From Dudresnaya verticillata (Eukaryota): a DNA stretch of 64,000 bases. The stretch lies in NCBI GenBank assembly GCA_977862235.1, contig OZ374557.1, positions 186,001 through 250,000 on the forward strand, in the 5' to 3' direction. Under the pieces are notes generated by a model. That model did no database searches, was not told where the DNA came from, and saw only the letters and a program-made list of their open reading frames with translations. A program made the position numbers and the translations under genes. Of this stretch, positions 36,638 through 50,453 are shown piece by piece; within the stretch, counting starts at the first letter, position 1; every line of letters starts with the position of its first letter.

Positions 36638-37417
36638 TGTGGTGCAACGGCAAGGGGCCTCCGAAAATACGCCTGTCGACCGGGCCACGCACCCGAATTG
36701 GCCAACTCATAGGAGACACTTGGCCGAAGTCACTACTGTACGGCCACGCGGACGGCGGTGGACACCGGCAGCGAGCCACACGCATGACACGTGGGTGATA
36801 CGCGTGCACGTGTCAACCACGTGGCCAGCGCAAGGAAAAGTGATCATATCTGGACGACTGAGGTGATCTGGATAGGCCAATCGGGATCAAAACGGAATCG
36901 GATTACGGAAAAATGATTTGGCCGCGACATCATATCAAGGAATCAAGCACGAAAAATCAAGGGAAATCTAACTGCTACAACCACTGATCAACTGACAAGT
37001 ACTCGATTTTTCGGTAGGGCTCTAATATTGGCCCGAATCCAGGATTCGAGAAGATATTTTGGGCCATGGTGAGTAACCTCGGCCACTAACTGTAGAATAG
37101 CCTTAGGATAGCTCAGATGGCCGATCTTAGGTCTACTTAGACGGTCACATACCTCGGCTCAGCCAACACAGGCACGAAGCCGTCCCGCCAGAGGTTGGGA
37201 GAAAAGTTAGCAACTGAACCCCCGACTTGGCCATTTTCTGTCCTCATCGCAGATTTTGGTCACGACTTCGTCTGCGCGCTCCCGCTCTACCACGCTTGCT
37301 ACCGGCGCGCAGGTCCGTTCTACGCTTGGCAAGTTTCTACGAAATCTGACAGGTCTTTTGGGTTTTCTTGTGGTCTCGTGTGGCCGCCGTACGCGGTGGT
37401 GCTTTAGAGATACTACA
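36638..37417 (+). repeat. 5' LTR of element E (780 bp)
   Basis: TGTGGT...TACTACA; preceded by AAGTA (36633-36637). Confidence 0.96.
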
Positions 37418-37418
37418 C

Positions 37419-37436
37419 TGGTCTCCCGACCTAGAA
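37419..37436 (+). promoter_or_regulatory. PBS TGGTCTCCCGACCTAGAA (probably tRNA-Tyr)
   Basis: Lies 1 nt after the LTR; identical to the PBS of A. Confidence 0.88.
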
Positions 37437-37829
37437 GATCAGCTGTGAGTTCGGCCGTATTTCTCCGTTAGAAGACTGGAGTAACCGGCCGTAGTCGACG
37501 ACGGCCAGTTTCTTCCTCGCTACTGTGGTGGCCAAACCCCGCAAGTTGCAGATTGCGGGTTAGTAACTACCTGGTTTCGCAATCTGATTGTCAGTCTACT
37601 TCAAATCGGTTCTGCGGCCACAGTCTAGGTCACAGGCCAGATACCCGTCGCTTGGTTCGTTCCCAGGCTGGCCACTTTGCACACTCGCTGGTTCGTTCCC
37701 AGCACAGGGAGTTTTGCAAACGGCAGTGTCCGGCCCTTGGTATAGGGATTAGTAACTCGGAATCTCCGTTCCCACTGCTGTGTTTTGCACACGACAGTGT
37801 GGTTCCCAGGAAGGCCACTTTGCACACGG

Positions 37830-40225
37830 CGGCCACGGGGTGCCCACGAATCGCTAGAAGTATCTGACCAATCAGACCCCGACGTACTTCGTCACGTCTT
37901 CTTCTTCTTCACCGGCAGGCGGACAACCGCAGTCCTTACAAGGCTCGGCTCCGCCTCCTCCACGTTGGGCGCTCCTATCGGCCCAGAACCTGCTCCTGGC
38001 CTATATCCACCGTTATCGGGGCCACCGCCAGCTCCTCCGGTCCCGTTATCGACTGGCCTGTTCGTTCCTCCAACCGTTGGACGAGCAGGATCATCTTCCA
38101 CGGCAGGTGCCATCCGTAATGAGGTACCGCCACGGACAGCCCCACCGGTCTCGCCGTGGCGCACGCCACTGGCGGCCACAGCGCCGCCGATGACTCCGCT
38201 GGCCGCTCCTGCCATTCTTCGTCCACCCCAGTTGATGATGATTCCCAGCCAGAACACGACGTTTGGTTGGGCCGACAAGAGTTCTAACAGTATAAGCGAC
38301 ATAAGGCCCAGTGGCAACAAGAGGTGAAGAACCAGTTTGGCGAGATGCAAGTCAAAATGTCCACCACGGCTCTGATTAGAGACCAACAGCTTCGCCAGGA
38401 GATACACTCCGTCATTCTCGACGGTGCGCTTACGGCCATAGCCGAACGTTATGATTAGCGTCTGGAAAAGGTAGAGACGGCCGTTTTTTCCGACGGGAAG
38501 GGAAAACGCCCTGCTCCTCCTGGCCAGACAAGGTCCGAGTCCGCTCGGATGACACCGACCAATCAACAAGTCTTGGCACCACAGGTTGGTGAACCGGTAG
38601 CAGCAGTGCAGAAGAAACTGGACAAGTTGCGAGATGAGATTACAGCCTTGTCGCATCCTGACAAGGCTCGGCCGAATATTCCGGTGGAAGGGGTACCACC
38701 GCAAGAGGGCAACACTCAGAACAGTGGTGCCGCCCCAGGGCCTGCGTTAGTTGGACCTTCGGGCCCAGCTGATGTAGGAGAATCTTTCACGGGATACGCC
38801 GGCCATTTGGATGAAACAAGTCTTCCGGTCGGAGCGATGGGGCCAATCGAACAGGGTCTAGAGCCTCTCAAGACCCTCCAGGAACCATTCCGGCGGGTGG
38901 TGGATTACCGGACCCACCGTCTTCTGGATACTCGGCCAACGATGACTATGAAGGATGCGCGGCGCTTGTCCCGGATGACTCGCCAAATCAGGAACTTGTT
39001 CTCGCAGATGAACCCATTTGATGGCCGACGCCCAATAGAACTTCTATATTTCCTCAAGGAGTTCAAGGATGCCTGTGATGGGAAAAACGTTCATGAAGGA
39101 GCCGCCTTGCGTCTTCTGGCCTTCTCTACGGCCGGTGATGCGAAGAGGTTCTATTCTGGCCGGATGTCCCGTGGTATACGGTCAGTACACTCCATCTTTC
39201 CGATGAGTGGATTTTCCCAAATCAGCTGGCCACACTTAGTCCATGCTTTCATCAAGCGCTACTGTACCGAAGATGTTCTGGCCGCTGCGTTCGACAAAGT
39301 GGCCAGAAGCAAACAGAAAGATACCGAGACAGAAGCGGAATTCGCTGACCGGTTGGGGGATGCGGCGCTGTCGTGCACCGATGTCTTCTCGGAGAATACC
39401 CTGATCAACCATTATGTGAGGGGTTTACCTTCGACCACTCGTTCGGCCGTAGCTGAGAAGCTTATGCAGATGCGGCCGGAGGAGAAGGACTTCTCGACGG
39501 TGCGCCGTATCGCCATCGCCGAGGTGGGGACACACAGAACCTACTTGGCTTCTGCACGTCCCAAAACAAGGGCGGCCAGTTCTCGAAGTGCGTTGGTCAT
39601 CCCTACCCTTGCGGCCGAGCCTGCTTAGCAGGCGGAGCCCGAGGATATAGCGGCCAACTATGATGATCCGTTTGACACCATACCGGTTATGGCCACTACC
39701 CCTGGCCAGAATGGTGCTCAGCAAACACCGACAATGACGCCGACCACACCGTCACCGGCAGGGTCGGTGTCCGGGGGTAATACCCCAGACCCGCTCCGAA
39801 AACCTCCGGCATTGACGTCGGACGAGCTGACCAAAGTCGCTATTATGCTACGCAGTGACAAGATCAGTGCCCGTTGTTGGGGTTGTCGCGAATGGGGCCA
39901 TGATTTGTACTCTTGTCTGTACTTACCACTGGCCATCAGGAACTTGTTTGCAATACGGAACTTCCGCTTCCGAGATGAGTACACTAGATGGCTCCCCGAA
40001 CAGTATGCCGACCGAGGTCGAGGGTACGGCCCCGGTCACAGGAATGTCTCCTTTAGGGATGGAAGGGGACGCCCTCCCCCTCAGGGAATACTCCGACGGC
40101 CGCAACAATCATCTTCGAACCGTGGGAATCGGCAGGCTACGTTAGTCATTGCGCAAGAACATCCAATGGATGAGGTGGTGGCCGATGTGGAGTCCGATAA
40201 TTCTTCGTTAGCATCGCGAAACTAG
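37830..40225 (+). pseudogene. gag: Element E gag (stops and frameshifts; start approximate)
   Basis: ORFs 37785-38327, 38549-39628 and 39689-40225; FDGRRPIELLYFL, EGAALRLL; knuckle CWGCREWGHDLYSC. Confidence 0.88.
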
Positions 40226-40499
40226 CCGGGCCGAGATCTTCGGTCGTGATCCCGTTGCCCGTACACGTCCCAAAACCGGCTAGTCTCGTTTCCTTTAAGT
40301 TGTTTCCTTTTAGTCACCTCCGTTTTTCTTCCCTGCTAGCCATTGCATGGCGTTTGGCAACGCCAATCCAGGTTTGGTCAACCCATAATTTGACCTACCA
40401 CTGCCCATTTTCATCTAACGGTCTGGTGTGGTCACCGCCCTGGCGGTCCGGTCATACTACATCATCATCATCCACTCCCATACCAAAAGATGGGGGTTC

Positions 40500-43400
40500 C
40501 TTGCCAATGAGTGGCCGCATAACATTGAACGAAGAAAAGACAGACGATTCCCAGTCGGCCGATGTTTCATCACAAGGTATGGTTTGCATCCTGGGTGGGG
40601 CCAACTATACTCTCTCGGGTTCTTTTCGTCTCACCATCTCTGCCTTGTTACCCGGGCCAGTTGTCTTAGACACGTACTCGGGTTGGAACATCATCCGGTT
40701 GGATGCGTTGCCTCCCAACTGGAAGGACAACGACCTGTTGTTGACGTCCCCATCTCTCCTTGGGGACGCCAACCAACGGCCAATTCATTTTCGAGGGGCC
40801 GTTTCCTTGGTCGTGCGCTTAGGCCGTCATTCATATCGAGTGCCGTTCCTTATCGTCGACCTTCGTTTCGCCGTACCCGTCTTGTTGGGTACGGCCTTCC
40901 TGAACACGCACGTGGATAGCATCCATTGCCGTGGACAGACCGTGCACTTAGTGCTCGGAGACGTCCTTCCTTTTTACCCGACAACACGTCGATGGCTCTG
41001 GGGGCAGAGCCAACCGCTGAGAAGGGGGGCCCGCCTCCGGGTAATTCCAATTCGCCCAGTATGAATCGCAAGACTCCGCGACACTACGCGGCCACTGTAC
41101 GCTTGACGAAAGGTCTGACCATACGGGCCGGTCAACAGGCTACCTGTCGGTTCGCAGTGATGGCCGAGGGTTATACGTGTTGGAGCCCAGACATTCTTGG
41201 AGCTTCCGGCACCATACACGGATGGCCAATGGAGTTTCCGAAGTTCGGCCGCAGAAGCCATTCCAGGTGATGATGGCCAACTGGGGACGAAAGGATGTCT
41301 TACTGCCAAAGGGTACCGTGGTCGGCTATGCTGTCCACCACCCTATGGCAATCCTGACTCCACACCGACAGAGTGTGGAGAATATGACCAATGTGCCCGG
41401 ACTCACTCCTCTTGTGGAGGAGGATAGTAGTCAAGTAGAAGTAGAAGGAGCTGGCCGAGAAAAAGGTGAGCCTGTGGAACCAAAGGCACCTAGACAAGAC
41501 GAAGAAGAATGGCGGGATAAGATCAAGCTTGACCATATCCCGGACAAGAAGCAACGCAAGAAGATAATGACCATTCTGGAGAAACACAGTGCGATGTGGG
41601 ATGGCTCCTTGGGACAGATCATGGCCACCGAACATCAAATAGACTTGGAAGATGGGACACGGCCAATAAGCGCCATGCCCTACCGACAAGGGCCAGCGTT
41701 ACGCGCGATAGAAGAGGCCGATATTAAGAAGCAGTTGGAGGCCGGAGTGATAGAGCCATTGCACGGAGAATGAACCTCGCCAATTGTCATGGTTCCGATA
41801 AGGATGGCACCCTCCGCTTCTGTTTCGACTATCGCCGACTCAACGCGAAGACAGCTGGCGACGCATATCCACTCCCGCGCATGGACTATTGTATAGACTC
41901 CCTCGGAGACGCGGCCGTGTTTTCAACTTTGGACTGTAACTCTGGTTATTGGCAAATACCAGTGGCCGAGGAGGACAAGGATAAGACGGCCTTCACTTCA
42001 CATTTGGGGACGTTCAGGTACAATCGAATGCCATTTGGGTTGAAGAATGCAACGGCCACTTTTCAGCGTGCACTTGACATAGTTTTGTCCGCAGTACGAT
42101 GGCAAATATGTCTCATCTACCTGGACGATGTCATGGTGTTCTGCAAAAATGTGGAGGATCATCTTGGCCATCTGGACGAGGTACTTACCTTGTTGAAGGC
42201 GGCCGGTATTACGTTGGAGTTGAAGATGTGTTCCTTCTTTCAGGCCAAGGTAGATTATCTGGGCCATGTGGTGACCCCCGGAAAACTAAGAATGGCCATG
42301 CAAGGCACCAAGTCAATAAAAGAGGCTGAGTTTCCAGGTACTCTTACGAAACTTCGGTCCTTCCTGGGACCTTGCAATGTCTACCGGAGGTTTGTGGCCA
42401 AATACTCCACGATCGCACGGCCACGGCCACTCACACGCATGTTGTGCAAGGACACCGAACCAGACTTCGAGCGACCAACGCAGGAACAACGCCAGAGTTT
42501 CGAGAAACTGAAAGCTGCACTGGTCTCGCCCCCGATCCTGGCCTTACCTCGATATGGTCGGCCATATGTGATTGAAACTGATGCCAGCGCGTATCAGATC
42601 GGATGTGTCTTACTTCAGGAACAAGAGGACGCGACATACCATCCCGTGGGATATTGGTCTCGCTCCTTGACCTCAGCCGAGAAGAATTACTCGGCCACGG
42701 AGCGTGAGTGTTTGTCTGTGGTGTGGGCCATTACCTCGCTACGGCCATATGTCGAAGGTACAAAGTTCACGGTTCGTACGGACCACGACGCCCTTCGCTG
42801 GTTGATGTCCCTCACCGATTCATCTGGCCGTCTTACGAGATGGAGATTACGTCTGGCCGAGTTCCACTTTGTGATCGAGTATAAACCCGGACGTAAGAAC
42901 CAAGTCCCTGACGCCTTATCCCGACTGATGGCTCCGCAAGAGAGCGGGGAAGTGCGACCGATAGATGATACAGTACCTGTGCTGGACAGTGCCCCCTCTG
43001 TTCTTACGACCACGAGGGCAAGAAGAAATCGAAAAGCAGTTGCGACGGCCAGTAGAGAAGAACGGGAAAGTGACGTGGACGCATGGGAGGAAGAATACCT
43101 TATGGCCGATTACACTGACTACGGACGAGCTGAGGTGTTTAACCGAGCACAGGCACAGGAGAAAGCATCAGAGAAGTTTCCAACGCCGCTGAAACAGACC
43201 GAGATTATTGACGAACAAAAACGGGATGACTTCTGCTAGACCATCCTTGCCACGAGGGCGGGGTTGGGAAAGACCAAGAGTCCCCTCTTATTTGAAGGAC
43301 CCGATGGCACACTGTATCGACGCTGTCCGTCAGATGGCCAACAACAGATAGTTCTTCCGACATCCTTGCAAGTTCGCATCCTTCACCTCTGCCATTTTGC

Positions 43401-44539
43401 TATACTTGCTGGCCATCCAGGCCAGAACCGTATGTATCATACGTTGAGACGTACATATTATTGGCCTCACATGGCTGCGGATTCTCTCGCGACTGTATGC
43501 AACTGTGGCCATTGTGCGAAAAATGGGATACGCTGCCTCCGGTATAGGTCCAGGCTGAAGCTGTTTCCCGCGACACAACCATTGGAGAGCGTGGCCATGG
43601 ATCTTCTTGGGCCGCTTCCAAAGTACGGCGCCCCCAAGACCGTCCTCACCGATGACGACGGGCAGTTCGCAGCCAAATTCTTTCAGGCCATTTGCCGGTT
43701 GCTAAAGTGGCCAATATATTCACTACGACTTATCACCCGCAGACTAATGGCCAGGTAGAAAGGTACAATCGGACACTAGCCGCCATGTTGAGAAGCTGTG
43801 TGAATGACCATCAGAATGATTGGGACGAGTACGCAGTTGCTTTGACCTACGCATACAATTGCCCTGTTCATCGTTCGACCGGTAGGACCCCTTTTGACTT
43901 AGTACTCAGTCGGCCACCAGGTCCTTTCTCGCTTGAGGCCACGCTAAATCGGCCTAAGCCTACTGGTGCTGTTAAGGAGGCTTTCCTCCGCCGGCTCTCA
44001 GAGGCCGTAGGAAAAGCATCGGCCAGTCTTGCTCGCACGCAGGCGCGGTACAAGAAGGACTTCGATCGCTCTGTACGTATGGGAATAAGTCGTTGGCCGC
44101 GGGTGACTTTGTCTTTTTGGACAATCCAGAAAAGCAGCCGAAGAAGTTAGAACACCACGCGCAAGGGCCATATAAGATTATAAGTAACGACGGCCGCACC
44201 TTCCTGATCGATCGAGTTGGCCAGTTGGAATGGGTCAGCTCCGACCGAACAGTCGCAGCTCCTCGACCGTATGGCCAACCGATAACTTCAGAAGCAGGCA
44301 CTAGCGCTGCTCTCGGAACTCTGCCAGAAGGTGTTACTGCCACTGCAGATGAATATGTCATTGACAAGCTCACGGACATGGGCACCAATACCGCTGGCCA
44401 ACGGTGGTTTCAAGTCAAATGGTGTGGTTACAATGGCCGTACGTGGGAACCAGAAGTTCTTTTATCGGCCACTTTGGTCTCCCGGTTCTGTTATCGCAAG
44501 GCGCGTCGAGCCTCCCCAAACAAAAATACTTCGGGGTGA
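40500..44539 (+). pseudogene. pol: Element E pol (PR, RT, RNase H, IN, chromodomain) with frameshifts and an integrase-core deletion
   Basis: VLDTYSG, VLLGTAFL, LDCNSGYWQ, IYLDDV, ETDASA, GHPGQNRMY...CGHC, YHPQTNGQVERYN and GPY. Chromodomain YVIDKL...FQVKWCGY...TWEPE. Confidence 0.95.
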
Positions 44540-45345
44540 GAAAGCGGGGCCAAAGTTTCAGTGAGTGCAGTCACCGCTTGGCCAAAATCAGCGTACGCAT
44601 ACGTGTGCGAGGGGAGAGGGTGAGCGACCGATAGGAGGTCGGAGTCTTGGGCTACAGATATTCCTGGGTAGCACTGTTCGTTTTCAGCACGACGGCAGGC
44701 AGTTAGGGCTTTGCCCGCATCGGGGTGTCAGCTGGCCGATCATTACGCGGGGGCGTTATGTGACAGTGGATCTCCGAGTAGGGCCAATCTAATTGGGTGT
44801 AAAATGGGGGAAGGCGGTTCTCATCAGCTCCGTCTCTTCGTGGTAACAGTAATTTGAAAGCCATCGACCCGTGACACCAAAGACACCTTCACCCGGCGAA
44901 GACACCAACCTGCCATACGCATCTATCGCCAACTCCGTGCCCGAAAGAAAAATGGTCAGGCTCATGGAACTTGGGATTTTGGCCGTCTCCTGGAAGGGGG
45001 ACCGTGGAAAAAGCACACACGGGATACTTTTCGTGCCCTGGCCGTCCCAGAATAGCCATGTTCACTGTGCACAACTAATCGCTCGTCAAGCTGGCCACTC
45101 ATCAACCCAGTGCTTAACCACTTCTGCTTTGATGACCGCCCTAACTTTTCTGTCTTCCGCAAAGCAATTTGGAAGCAACCAATGTGCTTTACACGAAGCT
45201 TGGTCCGAGAGGACAACTAACTAAGAACAACACCTATGGCTCCTAACTTTTGAGTCACAAACAAAAACAACATTAACATCAACTGGGCCATGATGAGATG
45301 TGTATCATGGCCAAACATTAACTCGTGCACGTCACCTTGAAGCTA

Positions 45346-47690
45346 CTAACGGCCATAAGGGCCCGATGCGTGTGGCGACTGCGGCGCATAGGGGCCTTGC
45401 ACCCTGGGAGCAGCAGCCTCACGCGCCCCCGCATGAGCACCCGCGTCCGAGGCCGGGTCGGCCGGCGACCTAAGGAAAGGATATGTAGCAGGAAGGGGCA
45501 AGGCACTTGGCAGGCCCATCCAGCACATGCGCTTTGACGCTTGTGCTTTGTAGCGGAAAAAGACGCTGGCCATTATGTGAACATCCATAACCACAATTTT
45601 CTGGAACGCCTCAACCCAGTCGACATCGCTGGCTCGAGCATGATATTGGCCAACGAAGTAATAAGCCATTGGGCTGATCAACACAGCCTCGCCCGAACAT
45701 GGCCAATCCTTCCAGAGAAACGCGGGCACGCCGGGGAAATATTCAACTGAATGGGAGAAGTTCTGCGATGCGCGTGAGTTGGCCTGGTAGATGTAACTAC
45801 TACCGACGCGAAAAGCCATCCAATCCACGGGAGCCACAAGGCGCTGAAGGTCTGTGCTGGCCACTTTGGCATTCCTCACCATTGTCTGGTCGACCCGATC
45901 AAGCATCCATGCCTGAGGAAAAGCATAGAACCAAGTGGCCACATAAGGATGCTCAATTGTTTGGCCCATTAACGCCACCCATGCCTTGTGGACATACACC
46001 ACATCCCCCATATTCATGAGGAAAGTGCGGTCACACTTGATCTCGCCAGGGATCCAGTAGAGATGGCCCCCAAAAGGAGCATCGCGAAACGTTTGCCACG
46101 CTTCACCCAAGGGACAATGGCATTCGCGGAGACGGACCATATCCATCTTATTGCTCACGGCCACCAACTCCTCATACGGTATGTTGATACAAGGAAACTT
46201 TGGCGAAATCTACATCCCAGGCACGCGCTCATCAAGAAGCAGCTCGGGGCCAGTCAGGTCCTCAACACCCGGGACTACATCTGCCCGCATCGGCAAAGCC
46301 GATTGGGTGTGCGGCGCTACAGAGCAGTCACGCTGTGGCTGGCTGCTCTTCTGAATTGCAATGGCCGACTCGGCATTGAATGCGCCACCGGCCACTCCAA
46401 CCACCTCTTCACGCGGAATAACGGAACTGGCACGAGGGTCACCTTGCTGGCCAGCATCACTTGGCGGGGGAGGCGAATCTGGCAACATGGCCGAAAACCG
46501 CTGACGATCCCCATCGGACATGAGGTTGGCTGGCGCCACTGGCGCATCAGTGTCTACATCGATGACCTCGGCCCTCGATGCTTCGATTTGGCCAGTGGGT
46601 TTCTTCGACGTTTGGCCAACCTCCTTCACCGGAAGACGTTGCTTCTTTGGCGGAGGGCTCCTAGACGCGACTTCCTTCAAGTGCTAGGGGTCCCAGATGT
46701 TGGAGCCTTACGCGGAATAGGGACCTTGGCCAAAGCATCAGCAGCCGGTTTCTTCTGCGAGACCACTTCCTGTCTCTTCTGGCCATTATTACCCTTAGCC
46801 ACCTCACCCTCGATGGGCGTAGGAGTTGAGACATCCTCCGGCAACTTGGCCAGTGCAACTTCCGCAGCCGCAGCCGCCGTGGCCTGCACCGTCTTAGGGC
46901 CAAGCAACTGGTCAGACGGTATGGCCAAAGGAGCGGGCGTTGGGTTGATGGCGCACGGCGTAGACTTCGTCGCCCCCGACTGAGCAGAAGGAACACGGGC
47001 CTCAAGTCGAGCGACCTCGGCCTGGGCCACCCCCTTTTCTTCCGGCATCTTCTGGCCAGGGGCATTTGACTTCTTCGCGGCTACCGACGCAAGAGGCGTA
47101 GGCCCCTTCTTCACGGCCGCAACCTTGCTTACCGTTGCCGCCTCAGACGATGAAGAGTCAACAATGGTCACCGTTGGTGTGGCCTTAGCCTTTTGCGCGT
47201 TGGCCAAGCGTTCTTTCAACGCGGCGATATCCTGATCTTCGGCCTCCCTTCGTCTTCGGCTGGCCATTATCGCTTCCATCAAGTCGGTCGCATCGGCTTC
47301 CGACCACCCTTGGCGACGCAGCTCTTGAAGTGTTGCAGGGAGGGAAGGCTACTCAGCAATAGCCATCTTCTGGCCAGTGGTAGGAGTTAGCACTGCGACG
47401 CTGGCCGACGGCGCCACGGAGATAACTTTCGCCCCTGAAGGGGGCGAGGCGGAGCTCGCCACACGAACAGCTGCGGGCATCGACTTCGACTTCGGCGCAG
47501 AGATAGCACGCGACAGTGATGACTGGCCAATGTTCTTCTTAGCCGCCATCTTCGTGGCCAGCGTGGCAATAGCCTCGTCGTCGCTCGAACGCGACGAGGA
47601 TGAACTCGATGAGGAAGACGGGGGCCGTTGCGCTTTCTTCTTTGTGGCCGCTGCCCGACGCGGGCGCGCCTTCGCGGGACCACCCGCCAT
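45346..47690 (-). pseudogene. Antisense accessory ORF of element E (~780 codons; 2 stops, 1 frameshift): Lys/Ala/Ser/Pro-rich N-part + Trp/Cys-rich globular C-part
   Basis: ORFs 47349-47690 and 46677-47282 share a frame; 46210-46680 and 45346-46167 share a frame. ATG lies 186 bp from the 3' LTR. Confidence 0.75.
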
Positions 47691-47864
47691 CAGGAAACAC
47701 TGGAAGAAGCAATTTGAAGGCCATCAGGGGGAAGGTTGGGGTAGCGATGAGGAGAAGGAGGCGGTTGCTGAGTTGATGGACGGGCGTAGGGAGTGTGTCC
47801 CGTCGCGGATATTGCGCACTAATATGACCAGATGAAACCCTCGCGGCCAGGCTTCCGGTCTTGC

Positions 47865-47875
47865 GAAGGGGGCTG
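47865..47875 (+). promoter_or_regulatory. Polypurine tract of element E
   Basis: GAAGGGGGCTG immediately before the 3' LTR. Confidence 0.8.
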
Positions 47876-48657
47876 TGTGGTAAAACGGCAAGGGGCCTCC
47901 AAAAACACGCCTGTCGACCGGGCCACGCACCCGAATTGGCCAACTCATAGGAGACACTTGGCCGAAGTCACTACTGTACGGCCACGCGGAAGGCGGTGGA
48001 CACCGGCAGGGAGCCACACGCATGAAACGTGGGTCATACGCGTGCACGTGTCAACCACGTGGCCAGCGCAAGGAAAAGTGATCATATCTGGACGACTGAG
48101 GTGATCTGGATAGGCCAATCGGGATCAAAACGAAATCGGATTACGGAAAAATGATTTGGCCGCGACATCATATCAAGGAATCAAGCACGAAAAAACGAGG
48201 GAAATCTAACTGCTACAACCACTGCTCAACTGACAAGTACTCGATTTAATTCGGTAGGGCTCTAATATTGGCCCGAATCCAGGATTCGAGAAGATATTTT
48301 GGGTTATGGTGAATAACCTCGGCCACTAACTGTAGAATAGCCTTAGGATAGCTCAGATGGCCGATTTTGGGTCTACTTAGACGGTCACATACCTCGGCTC
48401 AGCCAACACAGGCACGAAGCCGTCCCGCCAGAGGTTGGGAGAAAAGTTAGCAACTGAACCCCCGACTTGGCCATTTTCTGTCCTCATCGCAGATTTTGGT
48501 CACGACTTCGTCTGCGCGCTCCCGCTCTACCACGCTTGCTACCGGCGCGCAGGTCCGTTCTACGTTTAGCGAGTTTCTACGAAATCTGACAGGTCTTTTG
48601 GGTTTTCTTGGGGTCTCGTTTGGCCGCCGTACGCGGTGGTGCTTTAGAGATGCTACA
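47876..48657 (+). repeat. 3' LTR of element E (782 bp)
   Basis: Direct repeat of the 5' LTR; followed by AAGTA (48658-48662). Confidence 0.96.
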
Positions 48658-49759
48658 AAGTACTCTGCGAAATACCGGGTCGCAACCTCTATATTTCCCC
48701 TCAGTCGGTCGCGCCGAGTCTTTACCGTGCTTCCGCAACCCCCCTTTCGGGCCATCAGGGCTCGCCCCCTTTCAAGCCGCTACCAAACCTCCTTTGAGCT
48801 ACCACCCATTAGCGTGTGATACCGGGCAGCTGTCTTTTTATGTTCTTTGCTGTTCCTGGCCGGTGCCATACTGCTACACACGGTGCACGAACGGGTAGGA
48901 ACTGCCAGGACGCAGCGCGAACGGCCCCTGGGTGCGGAGCGGTCAGGACAGTGCCTGAGCCCAGTGGCGACCGCTCTGCGTGTGTGCGCGAGCCTGGCCG
49001 GGGCAATGCGCGGGAGCAGAGCCCACGCGGCTCTGAGCGCGGGGGGGAGAGTGGGGCGGGCGTCGTCCAAGGCAATTTCTGGGAAGAATTTTTGAAAAGG
49101 AATATGAAGAGGTTGAAGTTGAACAAGATGAGAGTTTTGAGAAATGGAAGTCGCTTGATTTCAATTAGTGAAGTCGACCATCTGACAAGGCTTATGTCAT
49201 CTTCTCAGATGAGTCGCTGCATGAACGCAAACAAAACAAATCATTAAAAGAACGCCCAAAGTCCCTATCATCAAATGGGCGCCTAAAATTAAAACAAACA
49301 AATCTATCTAATCATACCCGCAGCGCACTCACATTCGCCACCAAAATGAGCGGGAACTTTCAAACCAGTCCTGCTAACTGCTGACATCAGCAAGTCCTCT
49401 TGTGACCGCATTCTGGGGGCTGTCCAGCATTACTCCAATTTTGGGCGGGAACTTGAAAGTCTTGAGTGTTCCCGCATGGCTGCTGTCGGACAGCACTGCA
49501 CGCTGTCGGACATCACTACACACTACATGGCCGCACTCACGAGCTGAACTCCGTCCATGAATATCCAACTTGGATCATCGGTCACTTAATCACCCAGATT
49601 TGCCTACGTGGAAACTGTAAACCAACGTGCCGGTCGCACGACAACTGCGTCTGCTGTAGTCGGCAAGAATGCTCCACGTTGCACAAGTCCCTGCAGTACG
49701 ATATCAGTATATTGCGTGGCACGATTATATGTACAGTGGAGTACAGCACGCGTCATACC

Positions 49760-50453
49760 TATGGTGTAGTGAAAACCCACGAACTCCGTAACGGACAGCT
49801 GGCCTGACTTTCCTAAACGGGAAGAGAGCAACACTACCTCCACGGGGTGGTAGAGCAGTTCGCACCGAGACGGGAGAACAGCGAGCGGCCAACCGAAACG
49901 GATATTGGGAAGCAACAGACAAGGGGTTGGTACAAGTGCCGAGACGGTTACAAGTGCCGAGACGGACTCCGTAACGGTGGTGGTGGTAGACCGCAACGGG
50001 CTCGGCGCGGGGAAAACCGTAAAGGAAAGAACTACAGTGGGATTGAGGCTGAAGGGTTGCTTGCTCGTTTACCCTAGGAGCCGCTGCGGTGCCGCCCTGG
50101 TATACAAGTCAGGGTGGCACCGAGCGGTCCGGTCCGTGGGGGCCAGACCCTAGTGGTCTGGTCCTATGGTGGAATCGGCCCTGCTGGTCCCAATCTCCGA
50201 CACGGACATACGCAGCATTCTCATTGGCTGGCGCACTACTCTACACACTGTACAGATACTCACTAAAAATAAAGAATAAATACTACAAATACTCCGCTAC
50301 GGTTCGTGCGCTCCACTGCTACACTGCAATGCACGCCAGCACACAACAATGCACCCAACACCGACACGGGTACACGTGCACACATCCCACAACGGTTTAG
50401 GCCACACTATATGCATTTCCACCGTTTCGGATGCCGAATCGCACTTCACCACA
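49760..50453 (-). mobile_element. Solo LTR 'F' (694 bp)
   Basis: TATGGTGTAGTG...CACTTCACCACA (10/12 inverted repeat, TG>TA decayed); TSD ATACC at 49755-49759 and 50454-50458. Orientation inferred from the GTGGTAGAGC motif. Confidence 0.82.

Larger units (their letters stand above)
36638..48657 (+). mobile_element. Full-length chromodomain Gypsy element 'E' (12,020 bp), decayed
   Basis: LTRs 36638-37417 and 47876-48657 (~97% identical by eye), TSD AAGTA, PBS, PPT, gag-PR-RT-RH-IN-chromodomain. Confidence 0.97.

Noticed and set aside
45346..47690. env gene
   Set aside because: Antisense to pol, with no signal peptide or clear transmembrane anchor.
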